A DNA stretch of 64,000 bases from Amphiscolops sp. MND2022 (taxonomy: Eukaryota), in assembly GCA_964187785.1 (NCBI GenBank), contig OZ076409.1:91080001-91144000 (forward strand), in the 5' to 3' direction. The notes under the pieces are model-generated. The model was not told the origin of the DNA and searched no databases. It was given only the letters and a program-made list of their open reading frames with translations. The position numbers and the translations under genes were made by a program. Below, in pieces: positions 44,201 to 56,200 of this stretch (within the stretch, counting starts at the first letter, position 1; each line of letters opens with the position of its first letter).

Positions 44201-47200
44201 ACTGTAAGAGGCGCACACTTTTTCTTACAAATTGTTTTTGTCTAAGGTGGGAAATTAGAGCTACTTATAATGAGGAAATTCGGGGCCTGGTAAGCGCTCT
44301 AAGTGCCATTTTGTGGAAGATTTTAATCCGACGGGATCCGTTTTTCAAGATATTCAAAGATGAGAACAGCGTATTTTGAAGATGGACAAAAATAGCCGAT
44401 TTTAGAAATCAATTTAACCCTAAATGACCTGGGCGTTTTTTGCAAATTTTGGAAATATCGGATGAAAAATTTCAACATCATTACTATATCCACAACTACG
44501 CATATAAAAATGAACTATAGAGCGGTTGAAAGGCATACAATTGGCCTTTCATTTTGGTTAGGTGAGCCCCTGTCGCTGCACGCCCTATTCTTCAGAATTG
44601 TAGTTTCTTTTTCCGTTACTGCTGTTTCGCGGCCATTCCGCACTTCGTGGGCTTGTAGTAACAACAACAGCATATTATTTGGTTTTGTTGCACAAGGTCT
44701 TGTCGTGGAAGGGTTTGGGGATGCTTTTCTTTGTTTCAAGGACTTTGAGAAAACTGGGTTTTTCCAAAAAGGGAATTTGGGAAAAGTTTACCTTTTTTTG
44801 CAAGAAAAACCAATTTCTCTCAGTTTTAGAGACAAATTCACTAATGATTTCAGTCTAATGACTTTTGTGCCTTGAATCGTGTCGCTCAAATCGAACATCG
44901 TGCCAATAAATAAATAGTTCAATAAAAACTGTGCCAAAGAATATGGGCTGCTGGCAAAACGGATCAGTAGTTCACCAAAAAAGTAGGCTGCTTCTGTTCA
45001 CCAAAGTTTGCTGTTGAATAATTATTACTACGTTTTATCTATTCAGTTTCCTTTCATCAAAGTCGGGTATTTTGTGCCGTTTTAGAAATAGGCTGTTTTG
45101 TCCCGCTTATCCTCCAAAGTGATATTCCAGTTTTCCGTTGCATGATGAAATATTTTTCAAGGTACAGTCAATTGGCTTTATATCGTCTGGAAGGAACGCA
45201 ATATGGAGACGATGATTTGTTTGCCTATTGGGATGCTGGGGATCCCGTTTCACACAGTGTTCCTCATGGTTCTCGTGCGGCTCTGAGGACGTACAATGAA
45301 AATTCATATCGCTTCTATACTAGTCCCTACACGGTCAGGACAAACCCGCCAGGCTCTGACGACTACTACGAAAGTGGGGGCGACGGAGAATACAGTAAAC
45401 AGCCCAACATGGCTGCCAACCACGTGTATTCCGGTATTGACAGGGAAGCAAGGGGGGCTTTCGCTAGAATGAGAACACTGTCTTCGCCCAACGTGGACTC
45501 TCGCAAAGCCTTGTTTGGGGGTGAAAACAGCACCGCTGCCAAATTGACTCGCAGACCCAGCACATCATCTGACCAGTTAGTGTTCTATTTGTAGGAATCA
45601 GAAAAATTTCGATTACTTATGCATTCTTACCTTTTTTCTCCCGACCTTTCAATGAAAATTTCAAATTTCTCCTTGAAGGTTTTTCCTCTTTTTCCGCGTA
45701 ACATACAATACCGGGAGAGACTAAAGGGTCCCTCCTTTCAGTTTTTTGGCCCCCTTTCAATTTGTTGATGTTTTGCGACAGAATGGATGTTGAAAAATCC
45801 CAAAGGTCCCCCTTTTAGCGCGCCACTTCGGTCCAACTTGGGTTTTTTCAGGTACTTTAGAGAATACGTTGACACTTTGAAGTCCTTTTGCCATTTTTGA
45901 GCCTTAGATATGGCGCCGACTTGGTGGACCGGTCCCGACTTGTTGACACTGATAAATAACAAAGTTGAGGCCGTGCTCGAATTTTTCTGCCATTCAATGA
46001 GCGTTTCTAATTAGCGACATCCAACAAAAGGCGAATCCAAATTTTCCCAAGAGTATAGCTCAGTTTCAAAATTTGCTTCGAAAAACTCCAACTTGTTCCG
46101 CATACAACCCGCAATGTGTGAGAAACCTTTTCAGAGAATTAGCGGTTTTAAAATGAGCGATTTAGCTATCAACGAAAAAAAACTTGTACAAATTATGATG
46201 ATAGGTGAATTGTGTTCTCATTTTAATAATCGTGCTAGTTTTGCCTATGTTTGTTCCAGATCATGTGCCGTTGCGAGCACAGAGAGGCCTTGCTCCAGCA
46301 ATGCTATGCCTCGAAATAGCCAGCTGGTGTACGAAGATATGCTGTTGCCTGTGGAAGCTCAGCTGAATTACTGCCAACCTCCGTTGCCTCGATTCCCCAA
46401 ACAAGCGCCCAGTTCTAGTGATGCTAAAACGTGTCAGCAAATGAGTCCACTGAACGTGACAAGTTATCCCAATCAAAACAGCCCAAGTACATCTCAATGC
46501 CAAGGCTCTGCTGCCGGCTCGTCGACCAGAAACGACAACTCCCGAGAGAGCGTGACCCTTTCCGTGGAACGAGTCAATTCAACCATGGCCGAAGCACCCG
46601 AAGCCTCGGCAGATGGGGGAGGAGGGGCAGGGACGGGCCGAGTGGCGGAACCGGCGGCGGATGCTTCTGACTTGTCGAATCATTACGAGTATGCCGAACC
46701 CGGGGATGCTGCTGCGTGGTATTATCACAACCGGTCATCAAATGATGAGAACGAGAATGAAAGGAGAGGATTGCGACCGAGCGAAACTGAGAGTCTATAC
46801 ACCGAAGGCAGCGCCTTCAGGTACCACGTCATTACAATGAGACCTCGGCTCGGCTCTGACGGTGGTCAAAATGTTAGTATTTGCAAAAATACAGCTGCGA
46901 ACTTTTTTAGATGGAACAATTTTAGACAGGAACAATTTTTAGATGATTTTTAGTTCGTGTTCTCGTGCCAGTATCATATATCAGTGTTTCAGATTTCATG
47001 AAATTCTATTTTATGTTTTCCATATTTTGTCCTTTTTTGCCTCTGAGTTCAATATTTTCTTTGCATTTTTCCGATTGGGAAACCAATGGTTTTCAATTCA
47101 TTTTTTTCACATCTGTTCGCCTATCCGTTCGAAAAGGAGTCATTTTCCTTTAAAATGGCGTTTTTCTTTTCTCGAGGTTGAAATGATTGCTGTCAGTTAT

Positions 47201-50200
47201 TTTACCGTGATGTCAATACACATGATCTCTGAGTAATGATTATAGTATAACACTGAAATTTTTATTTAGTTTTTGCCTTTTGAGTTTTCATCAAAAAGCG
47301 TGTTAGAATAACAATTCTTTGTCCCAAGTTGAATGATAGTTTATCATTGAGGAACACAAGTCTTGAGGGTGACATATTACAAAGAATCATGTGATCATAT
47401 GTCAACATGCTGACCTCTACCACAGCTGCTGCTGAACTTTGTCAGAATTGTAATTGGAATGATTTTTCCTTAATTTTTGAGTTCTTCATAACTTTCGTCG
47501 GCTAAACGTGGCATTCGTCTTTCTTGAACATGGTTATAGTTTTTCGTCAGCGTGTACGCATGCTGGTGATGTGCCACATCGGCTCTAATTCTTCGAAAAT
47601 TTCGGCAGATTGATTTCCAGGAATTGATTCGTGAAACTTTCGAGGTGTTTTTAGTCGGCGCGTTTTCCTTTTAAGGAAAAATGCCCAACTATAGCAGTGA
47701 CCTTTTTTTTCAGACTACAATCCTCACACTGATCGGTCCACTTTTTACAATCCTGAGCAGAGCACCTGAGGCCAAGTCCTCCCAAGGCAAACTTTACTCC
47801 AAAGGGTCCCCCCTTTCATTTTTTACTTTTTCAAGGAAACATACAAAACCGGACGTGCCCAAAGGGGTCCCCCCTTTGGATTTTTTTCGGCACTGTGCGA
47901 CTTTTTTTCCGAATTTTTTTTGTCTCCAAAGGATCCCCCCTTTCATTTTTTACTTTTTTAACGTAACCTACAAAACCGGACGTGCCTCAGGGGTCCCCCC
48001 TTTGGATTTTTTTCGGCACTGTACGACTTTTTTTCGAAAATTTTTTAATGTCCCCAAAGGGTCCCCTCTTTGAGTTTTTTTGATATTTTGCAACGGAATG
48101 TTTGTTAATAAATCCAGAAGGGTCCCCCCTTTTACATTTTTCGGCACTATGCGACTTCTTTTGAAAGAAAAATGTTTTTCAAAAATTTCAATTTTTTTCC
48201 AAAAAAAGTGTTTTACGCTTTTTGAGCCTTAGATATGGCGCCGACTTTAGACGTTCTCGTCTTGTTTGTATTGTATAGTTTCCACTATCTTTTCGTTCCC
48301 AGGCTCCCAAAATAATATGATCGTATCTGAGCTTGATGATTTTTTGGAGACTGATCAATTTATTCTTGATTTTGATTTCCTTTGGATTCCTCATTCGTGG
48401 AAAAATATGGTCCTTTGCATTTAGATTCTTTCCGGAAGTCCTGTTATTACCTCTGATTCAATTATTCTCATTCAATCGTCTGCCTGATCGTATCCTGGAG
48501 CCAAAATTTATTATTGCAGTGCTAAGTTTTCCGCCAACCTTTCAATGTTCTGACTGAATCTGTATGTTTCTCTCGTCGTTATAAATTTGATTCGTATCAG
48601 TTTCTATCAACGTGTGATGATTTTTGCAAATCCTATGTTTTCCAATTCAATCTTCTTTCTTTCCTATTGCCGATTCGTGTCAGATTCTATCAATGTGTGA
48701 TGATTTTTGCCAATCCTTCTATGATTTCTGATTCAATCTTTTTCTGATTCTTCGCTATAAACTCGATTCGCGTCAGGTTTTATCCTACGTCTGATGATTT
48801 TTGCCAATCCTTTTATGGTTTCTGATTGTGATTCTTTCTTCCTATAAACTCTATTTGTCAGATTCTATCAATGTGTGATGATTTTTGCCAATCCTTCTAT
48901 GATTTCTGATTCAATCTTTTTCTGATTCTTCGCTATAAACTCGATTCGCGTCAGGTTTTATCCTACGTCTGATGATTTTTGCCAATCCTTTTATGGTTTC
49001 TGATTCTGATTCTTTCTTCCTATAAACTCTATTTGTCAGATTCTATCAATGTGTGATGATTTTTGCCAATCCTTCTATGATTTCTGATTCAATCTTCTTT
49101 TTCTGATTCTTCGCTATAAACACGATTCGCGTCAGGTTTTATCTACGTCTGACGATTTTTGCCAATCTTTTTATGGTTTCTGATTGTGATTCTTTCTTCC
49201 TATAAACTATTTGTCAGATTCTATCAATGTGTGATTATTTTTGCCAATCCTTCTATGATTTCTGATTCAATCTTCTTTTTCTGATTCTTCGCTATAAACT
49301 CTATTCGCGTCAGGTTTTATCCTACGTCTGATGATTTTTGCCAATCCTTTTATGGTTTCTGATTCTGATTCTTTCTTCCTATAAACTCTATTTGTCAGAT
49401 TCTATCAATGTGTGATGATTTTTGCCAATCCTTCTATGATTTCTGATTCAATCTTCTTTTTCTGATTCTTCGCTATAAGCACGATTCGCGTCAGGTTTTA
49501 TCTACGTCTGATGATTTTTGCCAATCCTTTTATGGTTTCGGATTTTGATTCTTTCTTCCTATAAACTCTATTTGTCAGATTCTATCAATGTGTGATGATT
49601 TTTGCCAATCCTTCTATGATTTCTGATTCAATCTTTTTCTGATTCTTTGCCATAGACTCGATTCGCGTCAGGTTTTATCCTACGTCTGATGATTTTTGCC
49701 AATCCTTTTATGGTTTCTGATTCTGATTCTTTCTTCCTATAAACTCTATTTGTCAGATTCTATCAATGTGTGATTTTTGCCAATCCTTCTATGATTTCTG
49801 ATTCAATCTTCTTTTTCTGATTCTTCGCTATAAACACGATTCGCGTCAGGTTTTATCTACGTCTGATGATTTTTGCCAATCCTTTTATGGTTTCTGATTG
49901 TGATTCTTTCTTCCTATAAACTCTATTTGTCAGATTCTATCAATGTGATGATTTTTGCCAATCCTTCTATGATTTCTGATTCAATCTTCTTTTTCTGATT
50001 CTTCGCTATAGACTCGATTCGCGTCAGGTTTTATCCTAGGTCTGTTGATTTTTGCCAATCCTTTTATGGTTTCTGATTGTGATTCTTTCTTCCTATAAAC
50101 TCTATTTGTCAGATTCTATCAACGTGTGATTGTTGCCAATCCTTCTATGATTTCTGTATCAGTTTTCTTGCCGAGTCTGTTGCCGCCATAAACTCTATTC

Positions 50201-53200
50201 GCGTCCTGTTTTAACAACGTCTGATGAGATTCTCTAATCCTTCTATGATTTTTGATTCAATTTTCTGATTCTCCGGTTTAAATTCGATTCGTGTCAGATT
50301 CTTTAAACGTCTGAGGAGATTCGCAAATCCTATGATTTTTGATTCAATTTTCTTTCTGATTCTCCGGTATAAATTCGATTCGTGTCAGATTCTATGAACG
50401 TCTGAGGTGATTCGCAAATCCTTCTATGATTTTTGATTCAATTTTCTTTCTGATTCTCTGGTATATATTCGATTCGTGTCTGATTCTATAAACGTTTGAT
50501 TTTCGCCAACCTTTCTATTTTTGATTCATTTTTTCTGATTCTTTCTTCGCTATAAACTCGATTCGCGTCAGGTTATATCAACGTGTGATGATTTTTGCCT
50601 ATCCTTCTATGATTTCTCATTCAACTTTCTGATTCTCTCCGGTATAAATTCGATTCGTATCAGTTTCTACCAACATGCGATGATTTTTGCCAATCCTTCT
50701 ATGATTTCTGATTCATTTTTCTTTCTGAATCGTCGCTATAAACTCGATTTGCGTCAGGTTTCATCAACGTGTGATTATTTTTGCCTATCCTTCTTTCTGA
50801 TTTTCTCTTGTATTAATTCGATTAGTGTCAGATTCCATCAACGTCTGATATATGCCAATCCTTCTATGATTTCTGATACAATTTTCTTCTTCTAATTCTT
50901 TCTTCGGTATAAACTCGATTCGCCTCAGGTTTTTTTGACGTGTGATGATTTTTGCCAATCCTTCTATGATTTCTGATTCAACTTTCTGATTCTCTCCGGT
51001 ATAAATTCGATTCGTGTCAGATTCTATCAGCGTGTGATTTTTTCCGCCAATCCTTGTATGATTTCTTGTTCAATTTTCTTTCCTATTGTTCCTTCGCAAT
51101 GAAATCGATTCGCGTTAGGTTCTATCAACGTGTGATTTTTGCCTATCCTTTTTATTACATATGATTCTATCAGGTTTCTGATAGTTTCTTAGCGCAAAAG
51201 AAAAACTTTTGTCAATGAATTCGAATTCCATATGATGGCGATTAACATGATCTTATCTGAACAACGTGATATTCTCCGAGTCTGATGTTTTCATCAGTAG
51301 CTACAACATTATTGTGTGCCTCCTTTGTTCCAACTAGTTTTGTCAGTCCTTTATTGAACTTTATTGAATTCCATATGATGGCGATTAACATGATCTTATC
51401 TGAACAACGTGATCTTCTCCGAGTCTGATGTTTTCATCAGTAGCTGCAACATTATTGTGTGCCTCCTTTGTTCCAACTAGTTTTGTCAGTCCTCTTTTGA
51501 ACTTTATTGAATTCCTTACGATGGTGATTAACATGATCTTATCTGAACAACGTGATCTTCTCCGAGTCTGATGTTTTCATCAGTAGCTGCAACATTATTG
51601 TGTGCCTCCTTTGTTCCAACTAGTTTTGTCAGTCCTCTTTTGAACTTTATTGAATTCCATATGATGGCGAATAACATGATCTTATCTGAACAACGTGATA
51701 TTCTCCGAGTCTGATGTTTTCATCAGTAGCTACATTATTGTGTGCCTCCTTTGTTCCAACTAGTTTTGTCAGTCCTTTATTGAACTTTATTGAATTCCAT
51801 ATGATGGCGATTAACATGATCTTATCTGAACAACGTGATATTCTCCGAGTCTGATGTTTTCATCAGTAGCTACAACATTATTGTGTGCCTCCTTTGTTCC
51901 AACTAGTTTTGTCAGTCCTTTATTTAACTTTATTGAATTCCATATGATGGCGATTAACATGATCTTATCCGAACAACGTGATCTTCTCCGAGTCTGATGT
52001 TTTCATCAGTAGCTGCAACATTATTGTGTGCCTCCTTTGTTCCAACTAGTTTTGTCAGTCCTCTTTTGAACTTTATTGAATTCCTTACGATGGTGATTAA
52101 CATGATCTTATCTGAACAACGTGATCTCCGAGTCTGATGTTTTCATCAGTAGCTGCAACATTATTGTGTGCCTCCTTTGTTCCAACTAGTTTTGTCAGTC
52201 CTCTTTTGAACTTTATTGAATTCCATATGATGGCGAATAACATGATCTTATCTGAACAACGTGATCTTCTCCGAGTCTGATGTTTTTACCCGGCGCTTTT
52301 CCTGAGAAAAGTGCCCGACTATACAGTGACTAGTTTTTTTTTCGTCAGACCACAGAGCTCACCCTGTATATATGTACTTTTTGTGCACTGTGCGCTTTTA
52401 CCATAAGTACTTAGTACTTGATTTTGAACGCAGCCAAAGCCTCTAACCTGAAATTCAGAACCATTGCAAAGCAGAAGGGCTTCTCCCCACCCAGTTTTCG
52501 GCTTTGAGATTTTTTTAAAATTTTTTGAATATCTCCCTTCAGTGTTTTTATTTTACAACAGAATTGATGTTGAAAAAGCCCAAAGGGTCCCCCTTTTGCA
52601 TTTTTTGGCACTATGCGACTTCAAATTCTCATTTTTCGTCTTCGAAAATTTTCAATTTTTCCAAAGGGCTCCTTTCATTTTTTAAATATTTTGCAATAGG
52701 GATGTTCCGGAATTATTATCCGTCCGGAACAGGAAATTTTCTGGTTCCGGTATCCGGCCGAAACAAAAATAATTCAGGCCGGATTTTCTAAGCAATATTT
52801 GTCTCTGTAAAAACAGTTTTTGTTTCAGAAAACTCAATTTCAAGATTTATTTTTCCTTCAGGTTATGATGAAGAAACAGACGTTTCTCGCTATTTTTTAG
52901 TCGGCGCTTTTCCATTAAGGGAAAAATGCCCGACTATAGCAGTGACCTTTTTTTTCTTCAGACTACAATCCTCACACTGATCGGTCCACTTTTTACAAAT
53001 CCTGAGCAGAGCACCTGAGGCCAAGTCCGCCCAAGGCAAACTTTACTCCAAAGGGTCCCCCCTTTCATTTTTTACTTCTTCAAGGAAACATACAAAACCG
53101 GACGTGCCCAAAGGGTCCCCCCTTTGGATTTTTTTCGGCACTGTGCCACTTTTTTTCGAAAATTTTTTAATGTCCCCAAAGGGTCCCCCTTTGAGTTTTT

Positions 53201-56200
53201 GATATTTTGCAACGGAATGTTTGTTAATAAATCCAGAAGTGTCCCCCCTTTTACATTTTTCAGCACTATGCGACTTCTTTCGAAAGAAAATTTTTTTTCA
53301 AAAATTTCAATTTTTTTTCCAAAAGTGTTTTACGCTTTTTGAGCCTTAGATATGGCGCCGACTTTAGACGTTCTCGTCTTGTTGGAAGTAATCGACTCCG
53401 CTTTTCCTCGTACACGTTCCCTAATTCGGAGAAGAGTCGTTCAGAATAAACATGAAAGCGGTGCCGAAAAGTACTTTTTGAAAAGTTTCTTCAATTTGGG
53501 GTATGATCGATATTTTTCCACCATAAGTATGGATTTGGTTTCTGTATGCAAAGTTCTGTAAAGTGTTTTCCTATCTATTCAGTAGCCCCCTCAGGAGTGC
53601 CATTAATTGGTTCAGGGATTGTCTCGGCCACTTCAACAAGACATGACTGTAAACTGGTTTTGGATTTTTTGGCAGCCACTTGGAGAGTTTGTACTTCCGT
53701 AACAATCGGTAAGAGTTTCGAAAATTCTTCCGCAATCCACGTTTTTGCGCGGTCTTTCAAGTTTTGCAGCTTCGAAAAATTCAGTTTATACCGTGGATCT
53801 AGCGCCGTTGAAATAATATGGAGTTTTGACTCCAAAATACTGGAACCAGATGCCAGAAATCTTATTTGCAAGTTCTGCCGAAGTACTTTAGTTGTCTGAA
53901 CACCATGGTCATTTTCGCCAATTTTGACAAAAAATGATCGAGAGCTAAAATATTTGGAATTACAACTGAAATTGTCGCTCCATCAGAACTCAGTGTCTTT
54001 GTGAAATCAAAAAATGGTTCGAGCAAAATAACCAGGTTTTCAGTAATTTTCCATTCGTTGGCTGACACTGTTGGAATATCCGAGTGATCTCCACAATAGG
54101 CCTGTAAAAATCGCTTGGTTTTGAGAGCTCTGCTCAACATGAGATAAGTGCTGTTCCACCTTGTAGAAACCTTTGGTGAATGATGAAAATGGGTACAAAT
54201 TTTACGAAATTTGGCAATTACATCACAAACATTTTGTAACATTTGCTGATCCCCGATTCACAGATTTCTGGAACAGATTACAAACTGCAATATGTGCCTC
54301 GTTTTCTTTTTCCGTGAATAGAACCCACACAAAAGATGACATAGTGGACACTGAAATACATTCACAGGTATATGCACATTTCTAAGAAAAACTACGAAGC
54401 GACTGTGAATGTTTTTTATTAAAACCGTGTAAATAAAAACAATTTCTCAGAAATATGTAATTTAGTTTCGTATAGAATGAGCAAAGTTCCAGCCGGAACC
54501 GTTTCTCAGAATTCCGGCATAATTCCGGCCGGATCGTTTTCAAAATTCCGGTTCAGTTCCGGCCGGAACAAATCATGTTCCGGCACATCTCTATTTTGCA
54601 ACAAACTGGATTTTCAAAAAGTCCTAAGGGTCCCCCTTTCACAAGTTTCGGCATTGTGAGATTTTTCAAAACGAATATTTTTCGTCTTAAAATGTGGTTT
54701 TCTCAGTAGACCAGTACGCTATATCCGAATTTTGTTTTTTAAGACCCTTTTTTGGGCACTATGCGACTTTCCAATTTGTTTTTATCGAAGCCCCCTCGAC
54801 TTTTATTACAAACGAAACGTTTTGCGAGCATGAAGTACTCTTTAGTGTTTTCGGCACTATGTGACATTTTCCGAAGGAAAAAATCCCAATTTTTTTCAAA
54901 AGTGTCGAAACAGTTCTTTGAGTTTTTCATAAAATCATCCTGGGCATATTTTAAATCTTTGCGCTTTTTGAGCCTTACATAGAGTACCGATTTTAGACGT
55001 TCCCGTCTTGTTCAGCAACACAGTTGTCTGTTCTTCTTTCTGTGCCAACTATTTTTGTATGTCGTTGTATGGTTTTTATCGTTTCAGCTGGCAAGACAAC
55101 AAGACTATCAGGGAAGATTTGGTCCTTACAGTTGTGTGCATCTGTACATCAACGAAGAGGCCATTCGTGCTCAAGAAGACAATCATGCATACAATGCTGT
55201 CGTTTCCTTTCATCCTCGATCACAGCAAAACATGCGGAGCGGCAACCCTATCGCAACTAATGTTTATGATATGCCTCCTTTTGAGGCTCCGCGATCGATG
55301 CCCCAGCTCCACCTAGCAACCACAGTCCCTGTAACCAATGCACCCTCCACCAAATCCCCGACCCCTAATGATGCATTTTGTCATTTCTGTTATCTTAAGT
55401 CGTTTCCCGGACAATCCAATGGACAATGTGTCTCCTCATCAATGCTCGGGAATCGTGTTTGTGTCTGTACATACAATAATAATGATATTACTAATAATAA
55501 TAATAAAGCTCAAGGAAGCAATAACTGCCCGTCGCCTTCGTCGACTGAGAAATCATCGAAAACGAAAAACAACGTAGCTGGTGGCAACACGCTAGTAAAG
55601 TTTTTCTCGCATTTCCGCAAAAATTCGAAAAATAGCCGCCAGAACGAACAACAGAAAAAGTCTCCGCGAGTTTCGAGCAGTTTGTTGCTCAGTGCCGATT
55701 GTATTCGCCACTCTAGAAACTCACATGTCTCAATTTCTGGACCAACTAACACTGAAAGGTTCTCGCATGCATTGAGTCCTGATTCAGCAGCTGTGTGCAA
55801 TGGCGGCTCTCACATGCAGTTTTTGTCATCGCCTCCCATTACCCCGCCCCGTTTTGCCAACTCTTGGGTAGGTCCTGCTGGCAACGGGACTGGTATGGTC
55901 AAAGCATCTTCGCCAGAGCATAACGCGGCGTCTCGTAACAACAGATGGTCTCAAAACGAACAGCAATGTCGCTCTGATGAATTTCGTAGCCGGACTGTCA
56001 ACAACATAGAACATGACGTGCTGGATTCGGATCATTATTATTCAGAGGTGCAATACTATCAAAACGCCTACGATGACTCGACTTTGACTCGCCATGTGTA
56101 TTTGCCTTCAACGTTACCACCTATCGTTGCTCAGACTGGAAATCATCCTATCAACTATCAAGCCACGTCCCATCAAAGACCTCCCAACCCATCAATCCAT

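Larger units (their letters stand above)
52283..55012 (+). mobile_element. Helentron-like element split by a hAT insertion
   Basis: 5' CGGCGCTTTTC..GAAAAGTGCCCGACTAT at ~52291 and 3' AGACGTTCCCGTCTTGTT ending at 55012; the sequence is continuous across the hAT TSD. Confidence 0.7.

Noticed and set aside
46093..46259. N-terminal extensions of ORF-track ORFs (46093, 55055, 45142, 42543)
   Set aside because: They lie upstream of phase-matched splice acceptors and are intronic read-through.
48565..52286. Hammerhead ribozymes in the satellites (CTGATGA on plus in the 89-bp unit, on minus in the 143-bp unit)
   Set aside because: No stem II followed by GAAA and no stems I/III could be built.
51223..52286. 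CRISPR-like array
   Set aside because: Whole units repeat with no unique spacers, there are no cas genes, and the context is eukaryotic.
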